From: an uncultured bacterium
Lineage (GTDB): Bacteria; Oederibacteriota; JAAXVQ01; JAUVAV01
DNA length: 64,000 nucleotides
Direction of reading: 5' to 3'
Assembly: GCA_964630235.1 (NCBI GenBank)
Contig: CAZVUO010000001.1
Location: forward strand, 917,446-981,445
How positions within the stretch are numbered: position 1 is the stretch's first letter; every line of letters starts with the position of its first letter. Below, in pieces: positions 55,775 through 64,000 of the stretch. The notes below the pieces were generated by a model. That model searched no databases. It was not told the DNA's origin and worked only from the letters and a program-made list of their open reading frames with translations. A program made the translations under genes and the position numbers.

Positions 55775-56011
55775 TTCAGGCACCTACCCAAATGGCGCGA
55801 TCGGATGCCTAATCATCACGGCACACTAATCCCATAGGATCCATTCCCCAGGGGTTTCATGAGGGGTTCCGCATCTTGCACGCTCAATTCATTCCGAGGA
55901 TGAACCGATACGGGTGGTCAATCTCCAATCCAGCAGGTGTTTCCGCTTGAATTGTGTCCAATGGACAAATGCGCCGACGGCCGATAACCGTCCACGCAGG
56001 AGGGAAAGGGC

Positions 56012-57259
<1,248 letters not shown>

Positions 57260-57397
57260 TACGCTCTCCATGCATGCAGAACTCCCCCCGTCCCCCTGGG
57301 GGGAGTTGGCGCAAAAACCCTTGTAAAACCCCGGAGGCTATGTTAGGATTTGCCCCTTCCAGCCTGCCAGGCTGGGATAATGTAGGAGGATGGTCCC

Positions 57398-57607
57398 ATG
57401 AAAGAAAAGTTGCACCCCAAATACGAGCCCACGAAATTCGTGTGCGCCTGCGGCAATGTGATCGAAACCCGGTCCACGGTTCCGCCCACCGTGCGCGTGG
57501 AAATCTGCTCCCAGTGCCATCCGTTCTTCACCGGCACGCAGAAGCTGGTGGATACGGCCGGCCGCGTGGAGAAATTCCGGCGCCGTTACAACGCCAAGAC
57601 CACTTAG
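57398..57607 (+). CDS. rpmE: 50S ribosomal protein L31
   Basis: MKEKLHPKY...CxCG...[10 protein letters not shown]. Confidence 0.92.
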   Translation: MKEKLHPKYEPTKFVCACGNVIETRSTVPPTVRVEICSQCHPFFTGTQKLVDTAGRVEKFRRRYNAKTT

Positions 57608-57650
57608 CCCTCGCCTGAGCCCAGTCTGAGCCAAATATTTCGGTGGCCCC

Positions 57651-58337
57651 ATGCAGGTCGTATTGCTCAAATCCCCTCAGGACCCGGAGCATATGGTGGC
57701 GCAAGCCGCGCGCCTGTGCTATTCCGCCGCGGATCTCGAGGCCATCGCCGAGAAACTGACCCCGGAGAAAACCTCCTCGTTCATCCGTCACCTGGTGAAG
57801 CTCGGTCATCATTCGGCACTGGAGCACGCCGTGTTCACCTTCGGTGTGGAGGGCGTGTCCCGGGCTTTGACGCACCAATTGGTGCGCCACCGCCTGGCCT
57901 CCTATTCCCAGCAAAGCCAGCGTTATGTCACCCTGCGGGATTTCCCCTATGTGGTGCCGCCCACCGTGGCGGCGCGGCCGGACCTGGCCAAGCGGTTCGA
58001 CGGGGCCCTGGCCGCGGTGGGCGAGGCCTACGCGGCCCTGCTGGCCGCCGGGGTGCCGGCCGAGGACGCCCGCTATCTTCTGCCCAACGCCTGCGAGACC
58101 AAGATCGTGGTCACGATGAACAGCCGGGAGCTTCTCCATTTTTTCCGCCTGCGCTGCTGCAACCGGGCGCAGTGGGAGATCCACGGCCTGGCGGACCGCA
58201 TGCTGGGCCTGGTCAAGCCGCTTGCCCCGAATATCTTTCACCAGGCCGGGCCCGGTTGCCTGCAGGGTCCCTGTCCGGAAGGGGAAATGACCTGCGGAAA
58301 AACGGCCGAAGTCCGGGCCACCTATCAGGCGCTGTAG
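57651..58337 (+). CDS. thyX: FAD-dependent thymidylate synthase ThyX
   Basis: RHRxxSxxxxSxRY motif (LVRHRLASYSQQSQRY). Confidence 0.92.
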   Translation: MQVVLLKSPQDPEHMVAQAARLCYSAADLEAIAEKLTPEKTSSFIRHLVKLGHHSALEHAVFTFGVEGVSRALTHQLVRHRLASYSQQSQRYVTLRDFPYVVPPTVAARPDLAKRFDGALAAVGEAYAALLAAGVPAEDARYLLPNACETKIVVTMNSRELLHFFRLRCCNRAQWEIHGLADRMLGLVKPLAPNIFHQAGPGCLQGPCPEGEMTCGKTAEVRATYQAL

Positions 58338-58439
58338 CTCAAACCACAGGTTCCAGGCGCGGAGGGGCCAACCGCCCGCGCCGAGGACTTGTGGTTTTTT
58401 TATAGGATGATTGAGTCTTCCTTTAGCCCTGCAACGCCG

Positions 58440-58558
58440 AAAGCCCCGGGCTTGCTCGGGGATGAAGGCCACGACGGCGTTGCAGGATGTCGCCTGCCGA
58501 ACTGGCCGGAGACGCAGGGTTGTTTCGGGGTGCCCCGGCCTTCGGCCGGGGGGCTCCA
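58440..58558 (+). repeat. F-family repeat, copy 4 (diverged; upstream of prfA, abutting a MITE-like element)
   Basis: GCAGGATGTCGCC...CCCCGGCCTTCGGCCGGGGGGCTCCA. Confidence 0.55.
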
Positions 58559-58560
58559 CA

Positions 58561-58659
58561 GTCATTGCGAGGCTCCCCGAGCATGTCGAGGGGAGACGCG
58601 GCAATCTTGACTTTGAGAAAAGCGCGATTGCTTCGCTTCCTCCGGTCGCTCGCAACGAC
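58561..58659 (-). mobile_element. MITE-like element, unexpanded copy in inverse orientation
   Basis: GTCATTGCGAG...CTCGCAACGAC terminal repeats. The internal GACTTTGAGAAAAGCGCGATTGCTTCGCTTCCTCCGGTCGCTCGCAA is the exact reverse complement of the 49096-49334 element flanks. Confidence 0.6.
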
Positions 58660-58697
58660 CCGCCAGAGGGATTTTTATTCAGATCAGGAGCGTACGC

Positions 58698-59756
58698 ATG
58701 TGGGATAAACTCGCCCAGGTAGAGGACAAGTTCAATAAGCTGGAACAGGAGCTCTCCAACCCGGACTTGGTCGCCGACCAGAAACGCTTCCGCGAAGTGG
58801 TCAAAGCCCACGCCGAATTGCGGGACGTGGTGGAGGAATTGCGCCGCCACCGGAAGCTCAAACAACACCGTCAAGAGGCGGAGGAGATGGCCGGGAGCGG
58901 CGAATTGGCCGAGCTGGCCCAGGAGGAGCTCGTGCGCCTTGACAGAGCAATGGCCGCCTCCGAAGCCAAACTCAAGCAGCTGCTGATTCCGCCGGACCCG
59001 CACGATGGCAAGAACGTGTTCCTGGAAATCCGCGCGGGCACGGGCGGCGAGGAAGCGGCCCTGTTCGCGGCCGACCTGTTCCGCATGTACGGCCGCTACG
59101 CGGAAAAGCAGGGGTGGAAGGTCTCGCTGTACGACAGCAACGCCACCCAGCTGGGCGGGTACAAGGAGATCATCTTCCAGATCACCGGCCGGGAGGTGTA
59201 CCGGGCCCTGAAATTCGAGGCTGGCGTGCACCGCGTGCAGCGGGTGCCCGCCACCGAGGCTTCGGGCCGGATCCACACCTCGGCCGTGACCGTGGCCGTG
59301 CTGCCCGAAGCGGACGAAGTGGAAGTCACGATCAACCCGGCTGACCTGCGCATAGACATTTTCTGCTCCTCCGGGCCAGGCGGCCAGAGCGTGAACACCA
59401 CCTATTCCGCCGTGCGCATCACCCACCTGCCCACGGGCCTGGTGGTGTCGTGCCAGGACGAGCGCTCGCAGACCAAGAACAAGCAGAAGGCCATGAAGGT
59501 GCTGCAGGCCCGCCTGCAGCAGCTTAAGGAGGAGGAACAGCAGCAGGAGCAGGCTGCGGACCGCAAATCCCAGGTGGGGTCGGGCGACCGCAGCGAGAAG
59601 ATCCGTACCTATAACTATCCGCAGAACCGGGTCACGGATCACCGCATCGGGGTGTCGCTGTATAACCTGGAAACGTTCATGAACGGGGACATTGGGGAAA
59701 TGATCGGCAAACTGCAGGAGGCGGACCACGCGGAGAAGCTGGCCGCTGAGCAATAA
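58698..59756 (+). CDS. prfA: Peptide chain release factor 1
   Basis: PAT tripeptide motif context (VPATEASGRIHTS) and SSGPGGQSVNTT. Confidence 0.95.
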   Translation: MWDKLAQVEDKFNKLEQELSNPDLVADQKRFREVVKAHAELRDVVEELRRHRKLKQHRQEAEEMAGSGELAELAQEELVRLDRAMAASEAKLKQLLIPPDPHDGKNVFLEIRAGTGGEEAALFAADLFRMYGRYAEKQGWKVSLYDSNATQLGGYKEIIFQITGREVYRALKFEAGVHRVQRVPATEASGRIHTSAVTVAVLPEADEVEVTINPADLRIDIFCSSGPGGQSVNTTYSAVRITHLPTGLVVSCQDERSQTKNKQKAMKVLQARLQQLKEEEQQQEQAADRKSQVGSGDRSEKIRTYNYPQNRVTDHRIGVSLYNLETFMNGDIGEMIGKLQEADHAEKLAAEQ

Positions 59757-59805
59757 GAATCCCCTCTCTTGAGGGGATTCATCCAAGATTCATTGGATGT
59801 TGATT

Positions 59806-59840
59806 GCCCCCTTTTCTAAAGGGGGCGAAGGGGGATTACT
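59806..59840 (+). repeat. Hairpin repeat module (GCCCCCTTTTctaAAGGGGGCGAAGGGGGATTACT)
   Basis: Related to 39984-40019. The reverse-complement version is at 40053-40088. Confidence 0.5.
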
Positions 59841-59877
59841 CACAATCCTCAAGTGCCGATTTGATGGTTTATTAATA

Positions 59878-59913
59878 ATCTCCCCCTGCCCCTCTTTAGG
59901 AAAGAGGGGTGGA
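59878..59913 (-). repeat. Hairpin repeat module, reverse orientation
   Basis: AATCTCCCCCTGCCCCTCTTTaggAAAGAGGGGTGG is the reverse complement of the 39984 module. Confidence 0.55.
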
Positions 59914-59966
59914 AATGCTCTGAGATCCATCCGGATGCTTGCCCTTTCAGGGGAGGGGAGCATTTT

Positions 59967-60395
59967 TTAAGGTTCGAGGTGCAGGCGCTGGCGGAGAGCG
60001 GCGTGCGCCTGGCCGCAGATCCCAAGAGACTGCCACTCGCAGCCCTGGCAGACCGCGCGGAACTCCTCGGCGGTGAGTCGCGCAATCCTTTCGTCTATTT
60101 CCGGCAGGGGGTAGGGGTGACCGGGTTTCAACTTTAAAGTACGCAGGGTCCGGTGGTCCAATTCGGCCATGGCCCGGCCCCGGATACCGAGTTTTTCCGG
60201 CGCGCATTCATACTCGTGGTGCGGGCAGCTGCGGCAGATATGGTCCAAGCCGGGTTTGGCAATGACGGTCTTGACCCGGCCGGAACGGAACAACCGGACG
60301 ATCCGGCTGGTCTCCGCCAGGTATTCAGGAGAGTACCCATAACCGATGAACCCCAAGCGGCAGAGCAGATGGTGAGGTCTCAAAATCAGAGTCAT
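59967..60395 (-). CDS. DUF1284 family protein
   Basis: ILRPHHLLCRLGFIGYGYS N-terminal signature and conserved Cys. Confidence 0.6.
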   Translation of the reverse strand: MTLILRPHHLLCRLGFIGYGYSPEYLAETSRIVRLFRSGRVKTVIAKPGLDHICRSCPHHEYECAPEKLGIRGRAMAELDHRTLRTLKLKPGHPYPLPEIDERIARLTAEEFRAVCQGCEWQSLGICGQAHAALRQRLHLEP

Positions 60396-60506
60396 GCCAG
60401 CACCGCTTTCAAGCCGGAGAAAAAGACTTGAATTTACTGAGTTTGCGCAAGCTATGTTAAATTATGCAGCACTCCAAGTCAATCTCAAATCCCCGTCCGC
60501 TTCAAA

Positions 60507-61361
60507 ATGAAAAACTACCAAGAGTGGATCAACTGGAGTATTACTAAATTCAAGGCCGCGGGCGTCGAGGCGCCAAGCCAGACAGCGGTTGAATTACTGG
60601 CGCATGCCGGCCGCTATTCCAAGGCCAGGGTGCTGGCCAACCTGCGTGAGTTTCTGCGTCCGGAGGCTGGCAAGAGGTTTCGAAAGCTGGTACAGGCCCG
60701 CTGCCGCCGGGTTCCTCTGCAATATTTGCTGGGGACTGAAAATTTCGGCGGCCTGACCCTCAAAGTCGGGAAAGGGGTCCTGATTCCGAGGCCTGAGACC
60801 GAATTGATTTTGGAGGAAGCAAAAGCACGGGCCAAGGCCGAACCGCGTCTGATCGCTGATCTGGGAACTGGATCAGGGAATCTGGCTTTGGCCTTAGCCA
60901 CCCACTATCCCGGGGCACGCGTCTGGGGCCTTGACCGTTCGAGCCGGGCTTTGATGTGGGCGCGCAAAAACCTCCGTGCCCAGCGATTAGGCCGGCGGGT
61001 GCGTTTTGTTCAAGGCGCGGGCTCCGCCTTTCTGCCGCGGCCGGTGCAGGGCCGCTTTGATCTGGTGGTTTCCAATCCCCCCTATATTCCCAGCGCGGTC
61101 CTGGACTCCCTTCAGCCGGAAGTCCGTTTTGAGCCTAAGCTGGCCTTGGACGGCGGCCCGGATGGTCTGCTGGCCATCCGCCGCATGCTCGCCGCCGCGC
61201 ATCGGCTGTTGCGGTCCGGGGGAACTTTCATTTGTGAAATAGGTGTTTTCCAGAAGACGGCGGTTTGGAAACTGTTTACGGCCGCGGGCTTCTCGGATTT
61301 AAACTGCCGCCTGGACTGGCAGGGGATTCCGCGGGTTATTTCCGGATCGAAGCGTCCGTGA
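60507..61361 (+). CDS. prmC: Release factor glutamine N5-methyltransferase PrmC (HemK)
   Basis: DLGTGSGN SAM motif and NPPY. Confidence 0.88.
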   Translation: MKNYQEWINWSITKFKAAGVEAPSQTAVELLAHAGRYSKARVLANLREFLRPEAGKRFRKLVQARCRRVPLQYLLGTENFGGLTLKVGKGVLIPRPETELILEEAKARAKAEPRLIADLGTGSGNLALALATHYPGARVWGLDRSSRALMWARKNLRAQRLGRRVRFVQGAGSAFLPRPVQGRFDLVVSNPPYIPSAVLDSLQPEVRFEPKLALDGGPDGLLAIRRMLAAAHRLLRSGGTFICEIGVFQKTAVWKLFTAAGFSDLNCRLDWQGIPRVISGSKRP

Positions 61362-61465
61362 TCTTTATTGCGGGTTTCTGCGTTCCCTTCAACGGCAAAA
61401 TATATTATACTTAATCTTACGTGCGCCAGACTTGCTTCCGACACTATCAACACGAGGAAACCGCG

Positions 61466-61969
61466 ATGCATTCGACGCAAAGGTCGTTCGTGATTCTGGT
61501 ATTGCTGGCCGGCTGCCTTCTGGTTGGCGGACCGACCGCGGGAGCCCCACCCGATACGTTCGAAGTGCCTGAAGCCGAAGAAGGTCCGGAAGCGAACGCG
61601 GCCGAAACGGATACGAACCAGGGCGGTCAGGCGGCGGAAAATCCGGCTGCGTTCAAGCTGTTGCGCACCGCCGGCCATGCCTGGATCTCCATCGTGCGCC
61701 AAGTTGAGGATCATCAGCTCATCACCCTCGGCGATCTCGTTTACCTTGCCGCTTCCCGTCAGTCCGTTTTGCGGGACGGGGAAATTTATCCGATTTATCA
61801 ATCCCTGGACCGCGCGATCGGCCAGCCCGCGGCCGGGAGCACGGGCTGGCTGAAGCAGGTGGGGAAACTGGAAATCCTCGGAGGCCAAGAGGGATTAACC
61901 ATTGGACGGGTCGTCGCGGCGCGTGATATTATTCAGGCTGGCGACCAGATTTTACTGCCGGCCGAATGA
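61466..61969 (+). CDS. Hypothetical lipoprotein
   Basis: Signal peptide with LAGC lipobox and an acidic low-complexity linker. GAGGA RBS. Confidence 0.5.
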   Translation: MHSTQRSFVILVLLAGCLLVGGPTAGAPPDTFEVPEAEEGPEANAAETDTNQGGQAAENPAAFKLLRTAGHAWISIVRQVEDHQLITLGDLVYLAASRQSVLRDGEIYPIYQSLDRAIGQPAAGSTGWLKQVGKLEILGGQEGLTIGRVVAARDIIQAGDQILLPAE

Positions 61970-62772
61970 TCGCCGAACCCGAGGACCGGCAGTTTCATTA
62001 CCTGCTCCAGGCCATTTTGCGCCGGGCGGGGCTCGACGCCAGCCAATATAAGATCAGTTATTTAAAACGCCGGCTGGCCGTGCGCATGCGCGCGACCCAG
62101 AAAACCAACTATGCCGACTACCGCCGGCTGCTCGAAACCGATCCGCAGGAATACGCCTACCTGCTCGACCGGTTGACGATCAATGTTTCCAATTTTTTCC
62201 GGGACCCGGGGGTATACGGCCAGATCAAGCGCAAAGTGCTGTCCCAGTGGCAGCACCAGCCCAAGATCAGGATCTGGAGCGCGGGGTGCGCCCACGGCCA
62301 GGAACCGTATTCGCTGGCGATCCTTCTCGGCGAGGGGCTGCCGGCTATCTGCCACTGGTCGATCCTGGCCACGGATATTGATCCCACGGTGTTGGAGCAC
62401 GCCCGGACGGGCCGCTACAGCGCGGACAGCATCCAGCCCGTCCTGCCGGACCTGCGGCAAAAATATTTCGAGGCCGACGGCGAGGAGCGGGTGGTCAAGA
62501 TGCTCCTCAAGCGGCGGATCGAGTTCCGGCAGCACGATCTGACCGGCGCACTGCCGGACGAGAAGTTCGACCTGATCGTGTGCCGGAACGTGCTGATCTA
62601 TTTTGTCGGCGGTTTGCAGGAACGGCTGTTTGGCGGGTTTCACGCCCGGTTGAATCCCGGCGGGTTTCTGGTGCTCGGGAAGACCGAGACCCTCCTGGGT
62701 GAAATGCGGCGCTGGTTCGAAGTGGTCGATATCCGGGAGCGGATCTACAGGCGGCGGGAAGAGCCGACCTAG
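61966..62772 (+). CDS. cheR: CheR-type protein-glutamate O-methyltransferase
   Basis: CheR N-terminal helix domain plus SAM MTase (IWSAGCAHGQEPYSLAILL). ATGA overlap with the upstream gene. Confidence 0.85.
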   Translation: MIAEPEDRQFHYLLQAILRRAGLDASQYKISYLKRRLAVRMRATQKTNYADYRRLLETDPQEYAYLLDRLTINVSNFFRDPGVYGQIKRKVLSQWQHQPKIRIWSAGCAHGQEPYSLAILLGEGLPAICHWSILATDIDPTVLEHARTGRYSADSIQPVLPDLRQKYFEADGEERVVKMLLKRRIEFRQHDLTGALPDEKFDLIVCRNVLIYFVGGLQERLFGGFHARLNPGGFLVLGKTETLLGEMRRWFEVVDIRERIYRRREEPT

Positions 62773-62837
62773 GAGACGGAAGAGAGCAAGAGAGCAACAG
62801 GCGGAATCCATTGCGGTCTATTTCCCATTGCTCGGTT

Positions 62838-62865
62838 GTTCGGAATCCGAACATCGGATTTTTGC
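62838..62865 (+). terminator. Possible intrinsic terminator after cheR
   Basis: GTTCGGAATCCGAAC / TCCGAacaTCGGA hairpins followed by TTTTT. Confidence 0.4.
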
Positions 62866-62897
62866 TCGGATACCTTTGGACTTGACTAGGAGCGAGC

Positions 62898-64000
62898 GTG
62901 GAAAAAATCCAGGATCACATTAATCTGGGCGTGGCATTTTCCCTAAGCCGCCGCTATCAGGACGCCATCCGGGAATTTCAGAAAGCGCTGGCGCTGAACC
63001 CCAAGGATGCGGAGGTTCATTTCCAGCTGGGGATCCTCTACTCCAACGTCGGGGAATACGACCGCGCGGTCACGGCGTACAAGCAGGTGCTGTCCACCAA
63101 CCCCATGCACCTGAACGCCCACTGCAAGCTGGGGCTGATCTACGCCAATACGGGCAAGACCGACGAGGCGATCAGCGAGTTCCGCAAGGCACTGGAGATC
63201 AACACCGAGGACTCGGGTCTGCACAACAACCTGGGGGACGCCTACTATAAAAAAGGCAGTTGGGAAGAGGCGCGGCGCGAATACGAGGCCGCCTTGAAAA
63301 TCAATCCCAACCTGTCCGAAGTTCATTTCAAGCTGGGGTTCATTCACGAGAGCCAGGGGCGCTATGCCGAAGGCGTGGCGGAATACGAAGCCGCCCTGAA
63401 AATCAACCCCAAGCACGCCGGCATTTACAACATCATCGGCGGTCTGAAGACCAAAATGGGAAAACTGGCCGACGCCGAAGTCGCCTTCCGGCAGGCGCTG
63501 GAGCTCAATCCGGACGACGTGGTGAGCCTCCAGAACATCGGACAGCTCCTGGTGCGCGCGAACAAGCCGCGGGACGCCCTGTCCTTCATCCAGCACGCGC
63601 TAAAAATCAATCCCAAGAATCTGGACGCCTTCACCCTGCTGGGCCAGATTTACGCGCTGATGGGGAAGAAGGACGAGGCCATCGCCGCCTACAAGAAAGT
63701 GCTGGAGATGAATCCCGCGGACGCCAACCTGCATAAAATCCTGGCCTTCATCTACGACCAGCAGGACCAGGCGGCCAACGCGCTCAAGGAATATGAGGCC
63801 GCGCTCAAGCTCAATGCCGCCGACGTTACGGTGCAGCTGGGGCTGGCCAACCTGTTCTACCGTCTGGGCGAATACACCAAGGCCATGTCGGCGTTCAAGG
63901 GCGTGATCAAGCTGGAGCCGAACCTGGCCGAGGCCTATCTCAAGCTGGGCAACATCTATTACCGCCAGAACGAACACGACAAAGCCCTGAAAGTGTGGGA
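62898..64000 (+). CDS. TPR-repeat protein, 3' end outside the window
   Basis: Open frame from GTG 62898 to the end of the window. Repeated AxxxYxxALxxNP TPR units. Not listed in the ORF track because no stop codon falls within the window. Confidence 0.7.
   Translation, partial: MEKIQDHINLGVAFSLSRRYQDAIREFQKALALNPKDAEVHFQLGILYSNVGEYDRAVTAYKQVLSTNPMHLNAHCKLGLIYANTGKTDEAISEFRKALEINTEDSGLHNNLGDAYYKKGSWEEARREYEAALKINPNLSEVHFKLGFIHESQGRYAEGVAEYEAALKINPKHAGIYNIIGGLKTKMGKLADAEVAFRQALELNPDDVVSLQNIGQLLVRANKPRDALSFIQHALKINPKNLDAFTLLGQIYALMGKKDEAIAAYKKVLEMNPADANLHKILAFIYDQQDQAANALKEYEAALKLNAADVTVQLGLANLFYRLGEYTKAMSAFKGVIKLEPNLAEAYLKLGNIYYRQNEHDKALKVW

Noticed and set aside
59920-59966. ATGCTC...GAGCAT long-range stem followed by TTTTTT, as a possible prfA terminator.
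   Set aside because: The stem is only 6 bp and encloses a 40-nt loop, and it overlaps the 3' end region of the convergent DUF1284 gene. Too weak to call.

Overview
This is a high-GC (about 65%) bacterial chromosomal segment of roughly 55 coding genes. Almost all genes are on the + strand; only five are on the minus strand. Many adjacent genes share 1-4 nt stop/start overlaps, which suggests translational coupling. Note that manually derived coordinates may be off by 1 nt relative to the ORF track. I found no rRNA, tRNA or CRISPR array.

Recognisable housekeeping content:
- rseP (5' partial), ispG, truD and proS
- two tandem GT4 glycosyltransferases
- a PolC-type replicative polymerase that appears to lack the proofreading exonuclease insertion
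- murB translationally coupled to a GNAT gene
- the nusA-infB-DUF503-rbfA-nrnA-truB-ribF cluster
- hup, pcrA, a PolX/PHP polymerase, and rtcB with archease
- gatC-gatA-(zinc-ribbon ORF)-gatB
- rlmD, polA-coaE, rho, rpmE, thyX, prfA and prmC

Accessory content:
- a seven-gene operon (16954-24981) for a regulator plus a six-subunit membrane complex of the complex-I / group-4 hydrogenase family. Its large subunit lacks all four NiFe-ligand cysteines (Ehr-like), and its small subunit is fused to a one-cluster ferredoxin remnant
- the first gene of that operon is a HTH-PTS-EIIA(Ntr) protein whose stop overlaps the start of the first membrane subunit
- two tandem membrane GAF-GGDEF cyclases, a CheR-TPR pair, and a MORN-repeat/outer-membrane-barrel fusion
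- a low-GC (about 41%) island carrying an FkbM methyltransferase

The intergenic DNA is unusually rich in structured dispersed repeats, in at least four families:
- the R family (CGTCACCCCGGC...GCCGGGGTCCAG...CTGGATTCCGGC...GCCGGAATGACG), five co-oriented copies
- the F family (GGGGATGTCGCC...UUCG hairpin...GGGGGCTCCA), six copies in 5' leaders, two of which supply the RBS+ATG of real genes
- a MITE-like family with GTCATTGCGAG terminal inverted repeats, one copy carrying a perfect 4.4 x 35-bp tandem expansion
- short CCCCTCTTT..AAAGAGGGG hairpin modules

Several long palindromes are also present.
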